Source: Sphyrna mokarran (lineage: Eukaryota). From it: a stretch of 64,000 nt of DNA. The notes under the pieces are model-generated. The model was not told where the DNA came from. It saw only the letters and a program-made list of their open reading frames with translations, and made no database searches. The stretch is from the NCBI GenBank assembly GCA_024679065.1, contig JAGIQG010000013.1, forward strand, positions 52,142,001 through 52,206,000, given 5' to 3'. Positions 47,731 to 62,100 of this stretch are shown piece after piece. How positions within the stretch are numbered: the stretch's first letter is position 1; each line of letters opens with the position of its first letter. The position numbers and the translations under genes were made by a program.

Positions 47731-49075
47731 CATTCAGCCCAATATCCTGCAATGCTCGTGGAGACGTATCACACCTCTGGAGAAGCTTTTCCAGCACAGC
47801 TTTAACACTGGCATCTCCCTATCAATGTGGCAATTTGTCCAGGTATTACCTGTTTATAAAAAAGCTGGAAATCCAACTTGGCCAATTATGGCTCCATCAG
47901 TTTGCTATTGATTATTGGTAAACTGATGGAAGAGATTATCAACAATGATATCAAGCGGCACTTTCTTAGCAATAACCTGCTCACTGATGTTCAGTTTGGG
48001 TTCCATCAGGGTCATTCAGCTCCTGACCTAGTTTTAATCTTTGTTCAAATGTGGACCAAAGAGTTGAACTCCAGAGGCTCGGCAAACAGCATTTGACCAA
48101 ATGTGGTATCAGGAAGCCCTAGCAAAACTAGAGTCAATGGGAATTATGGGAGGGGGTAGAGCGGGGAGGTAACTGTTTGGAGTCATGCCTGCACAAAGGA
48201 AGATGGTTGTGACAGTTGGAGGTCAGTTATCTCACTGCCAGAAGTTCTGAATGTACTGTTCTAGTTCTTCAGTTACTTCATCAATAATTCTCCTTTCATC
48301 ATAAGGTCTGAAGTGGGGATGTTTGCTCATGATTGCACAAAGTTCTGCACCATTTCTGATTCCTCAGATACTAAAACACTCTATGTTTAAATGCAGCAAC
48401 ACTTGGACAATATCCAGGCTTGGGCTGACAAGTGGTAAGTAACATTCACACCACACAAGTGCTAGAAAATGACCATCTCCAATAAGAGAGAGCTTACCAT
48501 CACACTTTAACATTCAATGGAATTACTATCACTGAATCCCTCACTATCAACATCCCACGGCATTACCATTCACCAGAAACTGAACTTGATTAACCATATA
48601 AATACTGTGGCTACAAGAGCAAGTCAGAAGCTAGGAATTCTGCGGTGAATAACTCACTTCCTGACTCCCCAGAGCCTGTCCACCATCGACAGGGCACAAG
48701 TCAAGGATGTGATGGAATACTCTCTATTTGCTCGGATGAATACAGCTCCAACAATACTGAAGCAATGTGACATCATTCAGGACAAAGCAACCTGCTTGAC
48801 TGGCACCTCATATACAAGGTATATTCACAGGATATTGCCAACTGGAAATTCCCTTCCAGCCACTCACCATCCTGACTTGGAACTATATTGCTATTCCTTG
48901 TCACTGCGTCTAATTCCTGGCTCTCCATAAATAACAGCAGTGTGGGTGTGCCTATACCACATGGACTGTATGTTTCAAGAAGGTTGGTCACCGCCACATT
49001 TTCAAGAGCAATTTGTGATGGGCAACAAATTCTGGTCTAGCCAATAAAGCCTACATCCTGTAAATGAGTTAAAAA
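47730..49075 (+). mobile_element. Old CR1-group LINE, RT region to 3' end
   Basis: NYGSISLLLIIGKLMEEIIN...QFGFHQGHSAPDL. Frameshifted. Tail GATGGGCAACAAATTCTGGTCTAGCCA...CATCCTGTAAATGAGTTAAAAAA. Confidence 0.85.
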
Positions 49076-49694
49076 ATCCCAATTCTGTGCCTTTCCCAAA
49101 TATCTTTAATTTTTTGACAAATATTTATTCACTTCACCTTCAGAAGCTATTTACAAATTATGCTTCTATAACTTGTCTGTAGTGTTTCACATACTCAAAA
49201 CATTAATGTAGAAAAAACTCTCTTCATTACAATAATTTATGTTCTCCACTGAACCACTCACTAATTCGTGAAAATATCTTTTTTCTATTCAAATTCCCAA
49301 AATCCCTCATTCTTGTAAACAGTTCCAGTAGATCGCTTCTTAAACTTTTCTTTTCCAACACAGAAACACCTCCAGTTATTTTGGTTTGTTTCCATAACCA
49401 AGGCAATGCAACGCAAGTTCATACAATATTGCCTTGTCTACAAGTCTTAACCTGAATTGGAAAGGCACTCCTGTCCCCACTGCACACAGCTTTCTTTAAG
49501 ACCTCTTTAATGTTCTTGTTTTCCCTAACTCAGACCTGCCTGTATGAGCATAACTCAGTCATGCTTTGGTTTTACTGGCAAGATGGAGTGGGCTAATTTT
49601 TTCTGACATTTAAAGCAGCATTATGTCTAGGCATATACCAACTGCGTCATGTCTCACTTGAACTGAGTGACATTCTGAGCTCTGGAAGGGCCAT

Positions 49695-50150
49695 GACATA
49701 GAATTAAGCACAGAAACAGGCCATTTGATCCTATCAGCCCAAGCATTTATGTTCCATCCGAAGACTTTTTCCAATCTTCCTGATGTATACCAGCAGCATA
49801 GCCCTCTAATCATTTCTCCTTCATATACTTGTCTAGCTTCCCCTTAAATGCATCTATACAATTTACCACAACACTCCCCGTGGAAACAAGTTCCACATTC
49901 TTACTACTCTCTGGGTAAAGAACTTTCTTCTGAATACCTGAATCTGCATTTGATTTCTTTGTGATTATCATACAACAGCCTCCATTTTGCCCTTCTCCAC
50001 AACTGTCCATTCTATAAAAACTTCCATAATTTTAAAGCTCTCTATTAGGTCACCTTTCAGTCTTCTTTCAAAAGAAATGAGATCCAGGCTGTTCGTACTT
50101 TCGCGATTATACTTCTTTTCATTCTTTTCAGTGCCTCTATATTCTTTTTA
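49695..50150 (-). mobile_element. CR1 3' end
   Basis: IDAFKGKLDKYMKEK C-terminus and a CR1 tail near 49700. Confidence 0.8.
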
Positions 50151-51869
50151 AAATAGCATGTCAGATATTTATTATTATAACCCGAGGTATTATCATCAAC
50201 TTTTGTAAATAAACAACTTCAAAGCTGCTCATAGGTACACTGTGTGCTGTGACAACATGATATTAATCAGTTCCACTGACATTTTTCTGGCTCCAGTTAC
50301 CGGACTAATACAATGGTAGGATGGAGTGAAGTCATGAAGGAATGAGTAATGACAGAGGTATACTGGATGGGAGTTTTGGAAATCGTAATAGTGTGTCTGA
50401 TAGGTGAGTAATACCCTTCTGGACAATTAAAGGGTAGAGTTTCCAATACAGAATTCTGTATGAGTTGAAATGTGGAACTTGGAATGCATTTGTGGAGAAC
50501 ATTGGGGAAATGAAACCTCTAGTCGTAGTTTCAGCGGCACTGATGGTACAGCAGAAATGTATTTGATAAATTAATATATTAGAGCAAAAAAGTGGTAATT
50601 TTGAATTTTACTGATTATAGGGTTTCATGTTCATCCCAAAGTCAAATAGGACAATGAGATTCTGCACAACTGGACTGTTGACTACGGGAAGGGGATGGAG
50701 TCAGCAGGGGCTGAAAGATGGCTTCTGGCATGAATGAATCAGACCTCTGTAGTCTAGCCAGTCAGATGGGCAATCAACCAGCATAACAATAATCATGGAG
50801 TGCTAGTGGTTGTGATGGAAGATAAAGCGATGTAGCGCCAGTACAATTAATGTTGAAGCTATCCATATTTTGTCCCCAGAGCTGATGGAGAATAAGAAGG
50901 ACAGAGATGACTACAAAGATTCCGACAGAGAATCAAATCACTACACTTTAAAGTTATTCAATGCATGTGGAGAGCCAGGAGACATTTCTAAGGAGCAATG
51001 GTAGGATATTATGAAAAAACAAGCCTTTCTTTACATCTTGATTGCCAACCAATAATCCCAGAAGGGTTTTGGGTGAGAAAAGTCACTGATCTTGGCTTTT
51101 ATGCTCCCCATGATAAAGCACCCTGTTGATGTTCACTTTCAAAGACATCAGGTGGCTGCTCTAAAGTGTATTGAAACAAGATTAACAGCAGTGGAACTGT
51201 ACCCCACTGAAAGGGAGGAATAAAGGGTAGATTTGGAAGGGAAAAATTAAATCACTTCTAACGTCAGTCTTTAACATCATACATTAATTTTTTGGATCAT
51301 TTTTACCACATCCCTTTTGTTATTAATGCCTTGTTGTTGAACAATTACCAACATTTTCTTTGTATTTTTATACAAAATGTTTTCAAAGTTACTATAGACA
51401 AGTTTTATCCGTATGGATAGGTTTCAACAGAACATTAAATGAACATCAAACCATAGAACCTTAAGAGTCATATTGCTATTGCAGTGCAGGCTCCATGTGT
51501 GCATAAAAATGCAGAAAATTCACCCAGGAGCTATTTAATCGCTATAAGAGATCTTCATTTGCGCAGAACTATCACAGTCATTGAGGGGCTCAAATTTGAC
51601 AATCATAGAGGTATTTTACTAAACCAGAAAAAAAGTTTGCATGTGTATGGAAATCTATATATACATAAGTATAATATATGTATCAGATCTCTGTTGGCAT
51701 GTGTAGAAGAATTATTACCTTTTCAACTTCCCTTTGCTGATCAAAATAGAAAATCAGATATATTATTCTGCTATGTAAGGAAGGTAAGAGGGAGAAAACA
51801 TAGAATTATCAACCAGTTAACCTGACAATAACAGCTGGAAAAATATTAAAATCTGTAATTAAGGATAGG

Positions 51870-53050
51870 GTAAGTGAACACCTTGAAGATTTTCCACTGT
51901 AATGAGTAAGCCTGGCAAACTTGATTGCATTTTTTGAGGTGACTAAAGTGGCGGACAAAGGAATGACAATGGATGTTATTCATATGGTCTGTGAGAAGCA
52001 AAAGTCCCTCACAGATTGTTAGCTGAAGTTGAAACTCATGGAACTGAAGGCAAATCATTGATCTGGTTCGGAAATTAACTGAGCAGCAGCAAAGGAGAAT
52101 AGGGATAATTGGCAGAACGTGACCTGTGGCATCACATAGGAATCTGTGTTGGTGCCTCAGCTACTCAATGCATTTATTTACTATTCACATTATTGCACAA
52201 AGAGTTACATATCCAAGGTTACCTTTAAAACAAAAATTGGAGGCATTGTGAAGAATGTCGATGGAAGCATGAAATTACAATGAGAGATGAATAGATGAAG
52301 TAAATGGGCGAAACCGTGTTAAATAAATTTTAGTGTGGTGAGGCCACACACTTTGAACTTAAAAAGCATGTGTCTAAGTATTTTCTAAATGGTGAAAAGC
52401 TAGAAACAGTGGAAATCCAGAGAGACTGGGGATTGGGAGTCCACGTATGCACATAGTTAAAAAATGAGGGGCAAGTGCAGAAAACAATCAAAAAAACTGA
52501 TGCAACGCTGAGCTGTGTAACTTAGAGAACCAGAATACAAGAGAGAAGATGTTATGCTATAGTTAATCAGAGCCACACAATACAGTACTGCATTCAGTTC
52601 TGGGCACCATACTTTAGAAAGATATATTGATCTTGGAGGGAATGCATTGTAATTTTACCAAAATGACTACAAACATTAAATTCTGAGTAAAGGTCACACA
52701 AATAATGCTTGTATTTCTTGGAATTTAAGAAGTGAAGTGGTAATCTGATCAAAGTTTTCAATAAGTTAAGAGGAACTGATAGGATAGATAGCAAGAACCA
52801 AGTTCTGCTGGCTGGGAAGTCTAGGATAAGGAGACGTAGTCTAAAAGTTGCAGTCAGGCATTTCAGAAGTGAGTGACATTAGGAAAAACTGCAAATGTTT
52901 GGAGCTTCTTTGCAAAATGGCACTTGATATATTGATATATTTTTCTTAACCAAATGTTTTAAAGGATGTATAATAAAGATGATGCACGCAGATACGCCAC
53001 AGATCTCAATGATTGGCAGAACAGATCAAGGGGCTAAATGGTTGACTTCT
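51870..53050 (+). mobile_element. Degenerate CR1 RT 3' half
   Basis: Remnants of the LIxFFE, GSVLxPxL and VQFWAP motifs, plus a CR1 3' UTR. Confidence 0.75.
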
Positions 53051-53344
53051 GTTAGTTACTGCAACAAAATGGGAGGATCTAGGATACTGTTGAAGCATTA
53101 TAACATTTACTGTAGATGAACATGTCAAACTGTGTGCCTTCTGCCACTTCCTGTCTGTGGTCTAAAACATTAGTAAATGCGAATTACATTTTTCCTCTTA
53201 TTAAAAAGCATTACGCCCTCAGGTGGCCAACAGAGCATGTTACAGGTCTGATTTCCTTGGAGGGGGAATTGTATCCAACCTCTAAAATGGAGATATAAGC
53301 TACTGGACCACTTGGAAACTTGCATGCGGCTCTGTAAAAGGAAG

Positions 53345-53712
53345 TTCACCTTGCAGTCTTCTTCAAACTGGAGGATCGACACTTCCCGCTGCCTAGGAAA
53401 AACAGCCAGCATAATTAGTAACCCCATGCACGCCGGCCATACTCAGTTCCACTTCCTTCTGTCGGGAAAAAGATACAGAAGTCTGAGGACACGTACCAAC
53501 TGGCTCAAGAACTGCTTCTTCCCTTCTGCCATCAGACTTTTGAACGGATCTACCTTGCATTAGATCTCTATGCCCTAGCTTTGACTGTAACATTACATTC
53601 TCCAATTTCTCCTTTCCTTCTCTTTGAAATGGTATGCTTTGTCTGTATTGTGCACAAGAAACAATATTTTTTAGTGTCTACCAGTACATGTGACAATAAT
53701 AAATCAAATCAA
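53345..53712 (+). mobile_element. Rex1/Babar LINE 3' end
   Basis: LLSGKRYRSLRTRTNWLKNCFFPSAIRLLN and tail ACAATAATAAATCAAATCAAAT. Confidence 0.85.
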
Positions 53713-55399
53713 ATAATCATTTTGTATTAATTTTATTACACGTTTTAACAAAGTTTTGATTATCCTTATACAGAAGCATGGACACCATCGGTTTTCTTGC
53801 TGAGAGCAGCAGGGCAGGATTGCATCTGACAAGAAATCACAAACCTGATAACAGGTGGAACAGAGTCCAAAAACCTTGGGAATGTGCTGGTAGTATGAAA
53901 GGCAGTTAAAACCAAACACAGATCTTGGTGCAAAAGAATGAAAAGTAAATCTCCTAAGTATTTCTGAGTTACTTCCAGAGTCTTTAAGCTCACAAAGTTT
54001 AAAAATTCTACTTCGATCAGCTACTGTACCTCAATTATCCCAGTTTAATATGCTAAGCATAAAAGGCTCAAAAAAATGCCAGAGAACTCAGAGAAAGAGT
54101 TTTAAAGATGTAGTTGCTGCAAAGGACAACATCCACCTATTTCACTGCTAAAGTACAATCTTCCACCGTTCCTGCATGTCATAAATAGATCTAACGCATC
54201 AAAGGAATTCACTCCCTTTATGTCCAAATTGCTGTCAGCTCTCTTGTTTGTTAGAAACTGATTTACACTAAAGTTGAAGAGTCTTAAGCAAACAAGAGTT
54301 TGAAGTGAACACAGAAGGTTATACATTGCGTGCGAGACAGACAGGGAAACAGTAGAAAAAAATGCGAAGTGTCCTCAGCAACTTGGAGAAAACAATGCGG
54401 GCCAGAGGTATAAGAATTGGCATAGTCTGCAACTCGATAAAAACATCCATAGGTACAATGGAAAATTTAGTGGCACAGATAATTGGCCATAAAAAGAGGT
54501 GAAAAACAAAAATGTGAATTCAACAGCCAATATGTCAGATTTTTCGGTAAAAGTCAACTCCAACTGAGTGCCTAAAGGTTTAGAAGAGTGGTGTCCTTTC
54601 ACTATTCTTCCAATATAGAAAAGTAGAAATTGGAGTAAACCAGACAGAATCCAACACAAGCATTAGAGTTCTGTACTAAATAGGTTTGGTTGGCTTAGTT
54701 CAGTGTCTAGCTGATAGGAGCCCACGGGACAAAAAGGAAATAATTGGGCAAGATTTCCTTTAAATCAACAATCACATAAAGAATAGTTGACATAGGAACT
54801 GGAAACGTCATACCTTTGTAACAGTATATCCTTAGCCTTTCTAAAGTTGGGATGAAGGTAAGAGCAAAGAGAGTTTTCATCTGCTTCTGGCCATGAATAC
54901 CTGATGCTGACACTTGACAATAAAAGTGGATATATTTCTCACTCTCACATTCAACATTTTTCAATTTGGTGGACACAAGGAGTTTTGTGTCTCTTACAAA
55001 AATATTCAACCCACCCCTCCATGGGAAAGCTACTTTCAACGAGAAGACAAAACATGTCTTGAAATTACGTTGACTCAAATTCATATTTAAACCCTTAACA
55101 TTTTCCAGTTGATTTTACCTATAGTTGTCTGAACAGAGACATTAATCAGTCTATTGCAAGTGGTTTAATGTCCAGTTAAAACAGAGGAGTTTTACATGGA
55201 AACCATACATTGTTATTGCATAATATTAGTTGCTTTGGTTTCTGCCTGAATGTAATAAAAATGGTCAATAATTATAACAACATGAATATGTTTGATAAGT
55301 TATTACCTGAGATTTATCTTGTTATTGTCAAATTTAACCAGGGATATTTGAGGTTCTGCTGTATCTTTGAATTGAAACATGAGCAAAATAGACATATAT

Positions 55400-55525
55400 T
55401 GCTAGAATTTTACGAACTCGCCCTCCCACTGGAATTGGTGTGGGCGAGGCTCCCAGAACAGAATTTTTCATTGTCCTTGGCACTATTTTATGAGACTCAC
55501 CCGAGTGAGGTCGTTAAATAGTGCC
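55400..55525. mobile_element. Small MITE with an internal palindrome
   Basis: GCTAGAATTTTACGAACTC ... GAGGTCGTTAAATAGTGCC. Internal GGCACTATTT...AAATAGTGCC palindrome. Confidence 0.6.
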
Positions 55526-57119
55526 AATTGAGTAAAGAATAAGGGTCACATGTTTGCATCACAATTGAATGGCTGCCAACAATGCTGAGATGTAATGAGC
55601 TCCTTGTGGCTTACAAAACTAGAAATAAAAATACACATTGCATCCAAAAAGGATAATATACATTCTCCTTCTCATACCATCCTACCAATGTAGGATTACT
55701 TCCTACATAGACCCTGATTTCCAATTTCAAGTGGAATATTTATCAGTCCAAAATATTCAAATATGACCTCAAGTGACTGGCAGACCTTTAAGCATAGTTC
55801 ATGATCCTGATTATGATCTAGAAAAGCACAGGATTGGACTCAGCAATAATGTCTTGCCATTGCCGAGTAAACCTGATGTGTGAATCAGAATTACTTAGGC
55901 GAGACGACCAGCTCCACCACAATCATACCCTGCATGATTAAAGGATTTTAGACCGGAAAAGGGGCAGGGAGAAGAGAGTAATGAAAGGAATGAATTGCAC
56001 CAAAATGATTGAAAGGTTCTCGGTCTCCTTTCTTTAAAGGAAAAAGCAGAAAAAAGGGTGATTAGGGAGTGAAGCACACAAAAAGAAGTGAACGGAGCTC
56101 CAGCCAAATACTCTGCAAGGTCATACGGGTACAGTTAAGAAATAAAGCAAGTCTTGAAACAATAATTTGTTAGAACCAGCTGAGCAAAAATAGCTTGAAG
56201 CAAGAGTGCCGAAGTAACACTGTGAGCTCCAGCTTCACAGACAGCTCCCTCTGGCGATGAGGTGAGCACACTGTAACAGCATTTTCTAACTATTTTCATT
56301 AGGAAATATATGGCAACATCTTTACAGCAAGGGTACCATACTTAAAGCAATTCCTGTTTTTCTTTTGTGCTCCACTTCTTTGATAAAGATCATTAGTTTT
56401 ATTATTCTATCTAACTGCATTCTTTGCTTTGGAACTTGGCAAGCCACGTTCTTGGACATGCCCCAAAGACACAATTTATTCTACTATATAGAAGGTCTGA
56501 GAAATGCAATGTTCAGTCACAAATTGAAATTTTACATTCTTCGTGTGTAAGGACAAGGTTAAATACTAATTTGTTGCTGCTGTGCCAGCATCAAACTATC
56601 AATGCAGTGGATTTTCAATTAGTTACATCACCAGATAGATAGAGTATGGTCTTGGGAGAGAGAAAAAAAATCAGGATTCTATTTGTCATATGCACAATGT
56701 AAGTGAGATAAGATAATCTTAAGAGCAAAGATTTTCTGGGGGTAATGGGGATTTGGCTGTAGAGATGTCTGCTGTTTATTCTCTCTGATCAACAGTAAAT
56801 AATTGGGAGAATTTTCAGAAGCAACAAAGTTGTTCAGGATTGACTCCATACTCTGTGTACTGATAGATTTTACACCATGTCAGATTTGAGCCCATCTACT
56901 TTGCTGCACTATCAAAACATTTAACTTTGTTTCACTCTGATGAGGTATTATGTGCCATTTTCTACATTAGGCATGAAAGTACATACAAAGCAAAGGAATA
57001 AAGGTTTGTACATGTTTCAACTTTTGTGCCAAGTATGCTGTTATGGGACCATATCAAAAAACAGGTATCTGCTGAGTGAGCCTATTTAGCAAAGAGATAA
57101 ACATAGAAACCAACAAGAA

Positions 57120-59640
57120 CACTTGGCACTTTTTATAGTCCCTTAAACATGGTAAAATATTCCAAAGTGTTTTATAGGAATATTATCATTTAAACCCTGA
57201 GACAAAACAATGCAAGGACTGGTGATCAAAAGCTTGGCTAAAATGGTAGTGTAAAAGAGAAGAAAAATTTTCTACAGAAAATGCAGATGTGTGGAATAGA
57301 GGGTGATTTAGCTAATTGGATTAGAAATTGGCTGGCAGATAGAAGACAGAGGGTGGTGGTTGATGGGAGATATTCATCGTGGAGTTCGGTGACGAGTGGT
57401 GTGCCTCAGGGGTCTGTTTTGGGGCCCCTGCTGTTTGTAATTTTTATAAATGATCTGGATGAGGGTATTGAGGGATGGATCAGTAAATTTGCAGATGATA
57501 CTAAAGTTGGTGGTGTGGTAGATAGTGAAGAGGGGTGTTTTAGTTTACAGAGTGACTTGGACAAGTTGCAGAGCTGGGCCGAGAGGTGGCAAATGGAGTT
57601 TAATGTGGAAAAGTGTGAGGTAATGCACTTTGGCAGGAACAATAAATGTGTAGAGTATAGGGCTAATGGTAGGGCTCTTAATAGTGTTGAGGAACAGAAG
57701 GATCTTGGTGTATGTGTCAATAGATCCCTGAAAGTAGGCAGTCAAGTGGATAAAGTTGTTAAGAAGGCATATGGAGTCTTAGCTTTTATTGGTAGGGGGA
57801 TTGAATTTAGGAGCCGCAGCATCATGTTGCAGCTGTACAAAACTCTAGTGCGGCCGCACTTGGAGTATTGTGTGCAGTTCTGGTCGCCACATTATAAGAA
57901 AGATGTGGAGGCATTGGAGAGGGTACAGAGGAGGTTTACTAGGATGTTGCCTGGTATGGAGGGCAGGTCCTATGAAGAGAGGTTGAAGGATTTGAGGTTG
58001 TTTTCGTTAGAAAGGAGGCGGCTAAGGGGGGATCTTATTGAAGCATATAAGATAATTAGAGGTTTGGATAGGGTGGACAGTGATAGCCTTTTTCCTAGGA
58101 TGGAGAAAGCTAGCACGAGGGGACACAACTTTAAATTAAGGGGTATGAGTTATAGGACGGATATCAGAGGTAGGTTCTTTACTCAAAGAGTGATTAGGGA
58201 GTGGAATGCCCTGCCTGCAGCTGTTGTAGATGCGCCAAGTTTGGTGGCGTTTAAGAGGTTAGTTGATAAGTATATGGATGAGAAGGGAATGGTTTAGTTA
58301 GGAGGGGCATTGCTTTTTATTTTGGTCGGCACAACATCGAAGGCCGAAGGGCCTGTTCTGTGCTGTATTGTTCTATGTTCTATGTTCTAAAACGTTGGAG
58401 AGGTAGAAAGGCTAATGGGGAAATTCCAAAGTTGAGTCCAGACAGTTGCAAGCACGGCAAAGGGCATTACAGATACACACAAGGCCACAACTGGAGGATC
58501 ACGGGCCTGAATTTTCAGAATGGTGAGTGCTCTGCACTGACCTCAACAGGCCTGCTGTCATTTCATACTCAACTGAGCATTGATTGGGCAACAGGCGGGA
58601 CTTCTGGAGGGAATCCCATCCATGCAATTTTCCACTCTCAGAACCCACCTTAGGGGAGTGTAAAACTTTGGTTACAGAGTTTGTGAAGGGTTAGCTATCT
58701 GGAAGAAGTTGCGGAGATAAAGTGGGTTGAGGCAACAAAAGCATGTGAACACCACAATGAAAGTTGTAAATCTGAGGAATTGCTGGACCAGATACTAAAT
58801 CAGTGACCGCATGGATAATGTGTGAATAGGTGTTGGTGCAGGTGAGTATTTTGGACAGCAGAGTTTAAATGAATTTAACATTATCAAAGATTCAAGGTGA
58901 GAGAATGGCCAGGATATGATTGGATTGGAATACCAACAATTGGAGCTAACAAAACCATGAATGAGAGTTCAGCAACAGATAATCAGAGATATGTGCAGAG
59001 ACAGATGATATTACTGAAGTGGAAGTACATGGTGACCTTTGAACACTCTGCATCAGTAGGCAGTGGAAGTGGAGCCATTAAATATTTTTAAGGCGGATGT
59101 AGATGATTTCTTTTTAGGCAAGGGAATCAAAAGTTAGAGGATAGATGGGAATGTGGAATTCAAAACAAAAACACATCAGATTTGAACTTATTAAATGGTG
59201 GAGCAGGCTTTGGAGAGCCAAATGGCTTACTTCGGCTCCTAATTTGTAATTTGTATGTTTATATGAAGTGGTGCTTCATAAGAACATAATAAAACAAAGT
59301 ATGATACTGAATTACAAAAAGAAATCTGATGACCAAAGGCTTGGTCAAAGAGGAAGTTTATAAGGAGTGTTTAAAGGAGGAAGATGTGGCAGATTTGTAG
59401 GGGAGGCAATCCCAGAGCTTGGGGCCTCAAAATCTAAATTTGTGACCCTCAATGGGTGCGCAGTTATAATTGGGAAAGTTCAAGAGGCCAGAATTAGATG
59501 AGTGTAGATATTTTGAAGGGTTATAGATCTGGAGGAGTTTACAGCAATTGGGAAGGACAGCACCACAGAGGGATTTGAAAACAAGGAGGAGAATTTTAAC
59601 ATAAAGACATTGCTTGATAAGAAGCCAATGCAGGTCTGTG
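57120..59640 (-). mobile_element. L2-type LINE fragments hosting nested CR1 and MITE insertions
   Basis: Pieces at about 57120-57265, 58390-58500, 58670-59030 and 59300-59640 resemble 10525-10820. A MITE lies at about 58503-58670 and a CR1 tail at about 59050-59260. Confidence 0.55.
57272..58388 (+). mobile_element. Young 5'-truncated CR1 LINE with an uninterrupted 338-codon ORF2 RT C-terminal frame (57281-58297)
   Basis: SGVPQGSVLGPLLFVIFINDL, KFADDTK and LYKTLVRPHLEYCVQFWSP motifs. 3' UTR with a (TATGTTC)n tail. Confidence 0.96.
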
Positions 59641-62100
59641 AATGTTCCAAGGACTAAACGAAATGGCTTCTCCTCTCAAGCCTTTATATACCAAGGATGA
59701 TAACTATGGCAAGCCTATGGCCAAACTGCATAAAGGCACTTCTCGAAACAGGACCCATTTCGTAAGGAAAAGCATCCTGCATATATTATCATTTGCATTT
59801 GCAAGTCAGGCACATGTATAGACTACATAAAATTCATTAGCCATGTACAGGAAACTAGTTATTCAAGTCCAACACACTTCTGTCTATCCCTACACATACG
59901 TTGCACACATACATTCAGGTCTTTTCGTGTTACATGTGCATGTTGTTATTGGTCATTTGTCTGGTGCTCACTCGTTCCTGAGATAATGTTGTCTACTTGA
60001 GGAATGTTGCTGCCATGGTGAGTATTGCTGTGGATCATTACATTTGCTGGAAAATAGTTGACCACTGGGAGTGATGGTCATGCAATTCTTTATACGGTTA
60101 GTGAACTCGTATTTTCCTCAAATCTTCTGCTAAGGAGCAGTTTCTCCAGTTACATGTATGTATCTGTGGTTACAATACATCTGTTTGCTCATTTTCATTG
60201 TGTATGGTTGAGGTTACGATTTCTCCACACAGGTCCCAAGTTACCAAGTGGGCTGAGTTTTCTTGAGCATGTTGAATGTTTGCATTCTGAACAGCTTTCC
60301 AATTTTCAGCTCTGGCAATAATTTGGTAGCTTCATCAAAATGAAATGTTGCTTTCTGTTGTTTCACTTTGACTTCATCACTCATTCCAATTACTAATTGT
60401 GGCTTCAGTGGTGTTTTAGCCATTGAAAGTGTAGTCTTCATAACATTAATCACTGAACTGGACTACTTTCCATGTCCTCAGTAGATGTGTTTTTCCACTC
60501 TAGGATTGCCTTGTAAACATTAAAGCTGGAGTAAGTTAATTTTTTAATAATCCCTTTGGCAATTGTCACTGCCACCTCAGGCTTTCCATTTGACAGGGGA
60601 TAGTGTGGAAATGATGTGTAGTACTGAATCTCCCAATCAGATATGAAGCGTTTGAATTCTTCACTCAAGTATTGAGAGCTATGATCTATCACTATAATGT
60701 CAGGAATGCCATTTCAACTGAAGTGTGCTTTTTCAGGCATTCTACAATCTTATGATAATCATTGACATCAGATCATCTGATTCCTAGTTGTCTGAATAGT
60801 CAATGGTGACGAGATAGTCACTTCCAAAGAGAGTGGAAAGATCTACTCCAAACTTCATCCGTAGTCTGGGATGTCATGAATCATTAGTGATTCTTTAGCT
60901 TGCTTAGCTGAATGTTCATTTCAGGCATTACATTAACTGATGTGCATCTTGACCCCATTGTTCATGTTTGCCAGTACAGCATTTCTCTTACCTTTTTCAA
61001 TTCCTTGATGGCGTGTACAGATTCAATACAACATAATTTTTCTTATCTCTTGAGAGATAATGGCTCTAGTTTCTTTACACAAGACGCCATCTTGAGCAAT
61101 CACTTAATCCCACCGATACCCAATATTCTCTCATAACAATAGATGTGTCCCTGCTGGTTTCAGGCCATTCTTTCATTATTATTTCCTGCAGCACATGATG
61201 AGATGCATCTTGTCATATAATCTGCTTGATCTGAGCAAGATGATTGAATGTCACTGCTGGGCTGAGGACTTCTGGAATATGTTGTACTGTTGCTTCTTGC
61301 TAAATTTGGTAGAATTCACACTCTATACTAGTGTCATCAAGTTTCTTCAAAGTGGGTGCAGTTCTTGACAGATGTACATCTGCTTCTCTTGCTTGAACTT
61401 CACATCCACATGTTGTCTCTGCAAATTAAGTAACATCCTGTGCTGACACTGGAGCAGAAAGAAAAGGTTTGAAAAAAGATTCTTAAGTCATATTCCCAGA
61501 GATTAGTAGACCACCCACAATCACGTCCACTCCAGGAAGCCCATTGACTATCTCTTGCTGTCAGCATTAATACTCTTCCAGAGCAGCAGAAATGCCAATC
61601 AGCATGCACAACGATCTGTACCTTCCAAATACTACTCAAAACATAGTCAAAAAACTGCTGTTTCATTCAACTTCACTTGCCAATATTCATCCTTTGCACC
61701 TTGAAGGGTCTTTGCCTTGGCAAGTTGTGACAAAATTTCTTCAATAGTTGGCACGTAGTAGTGAGATTTCTTCAAAGCTGTATTCAATTTTTTTGGATCT
61801 AATCATGATGTGAGCTCTTCAGGTTTTTCACTACTACTATGATGCTAATTCAGTCTACAGGAGTTGTCACATTCCTGATTACTCCCATCTCTTCAAGCTC
61901 CTGTATCTTGTTTTTCAGACCGAATTTGAGAGCATCAGGAACTCCCCTCAGAAAATGCTGAGTTAGTCTCACACAATCATCTACTTCAACATGGTATTCA
62001 CATCCAAGACCTGTGAAAACATCTTTGCAATTTTTTTAGTATCTGTTCAGTAATCAAGGGCTTGGTGCCATGAAATACATTGGAAATCTCGTCTGGTACA
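59637..62100 (-). mobile_element. Degenerate Ty3/Gypsy LTR retrotransposon (RT and integrase remnants, 3' LTR at about 59637-59873)
   Basis: Integrase-like QYLSEEFKRFISDWEIQYYTSFPHYPLSNGKPEVAV. RT-like DPKKLNTALKKSHYYVPTIEEILSQL near 61715-61800. Putative LTR TGTTGG...TTCACA on the minus strand after a purine-rich tract. Confidence 0.85.

Noticed and set aside
57281-58297. 338-aa ORF as a host gene or novel reverse-transcriptase system
   Set aside because: It is the 5'-truncated C-terminal part of CR1 ORF2 followed by the CR1 tail. It lacks the endonuclease and the N-terminal RT motifs.
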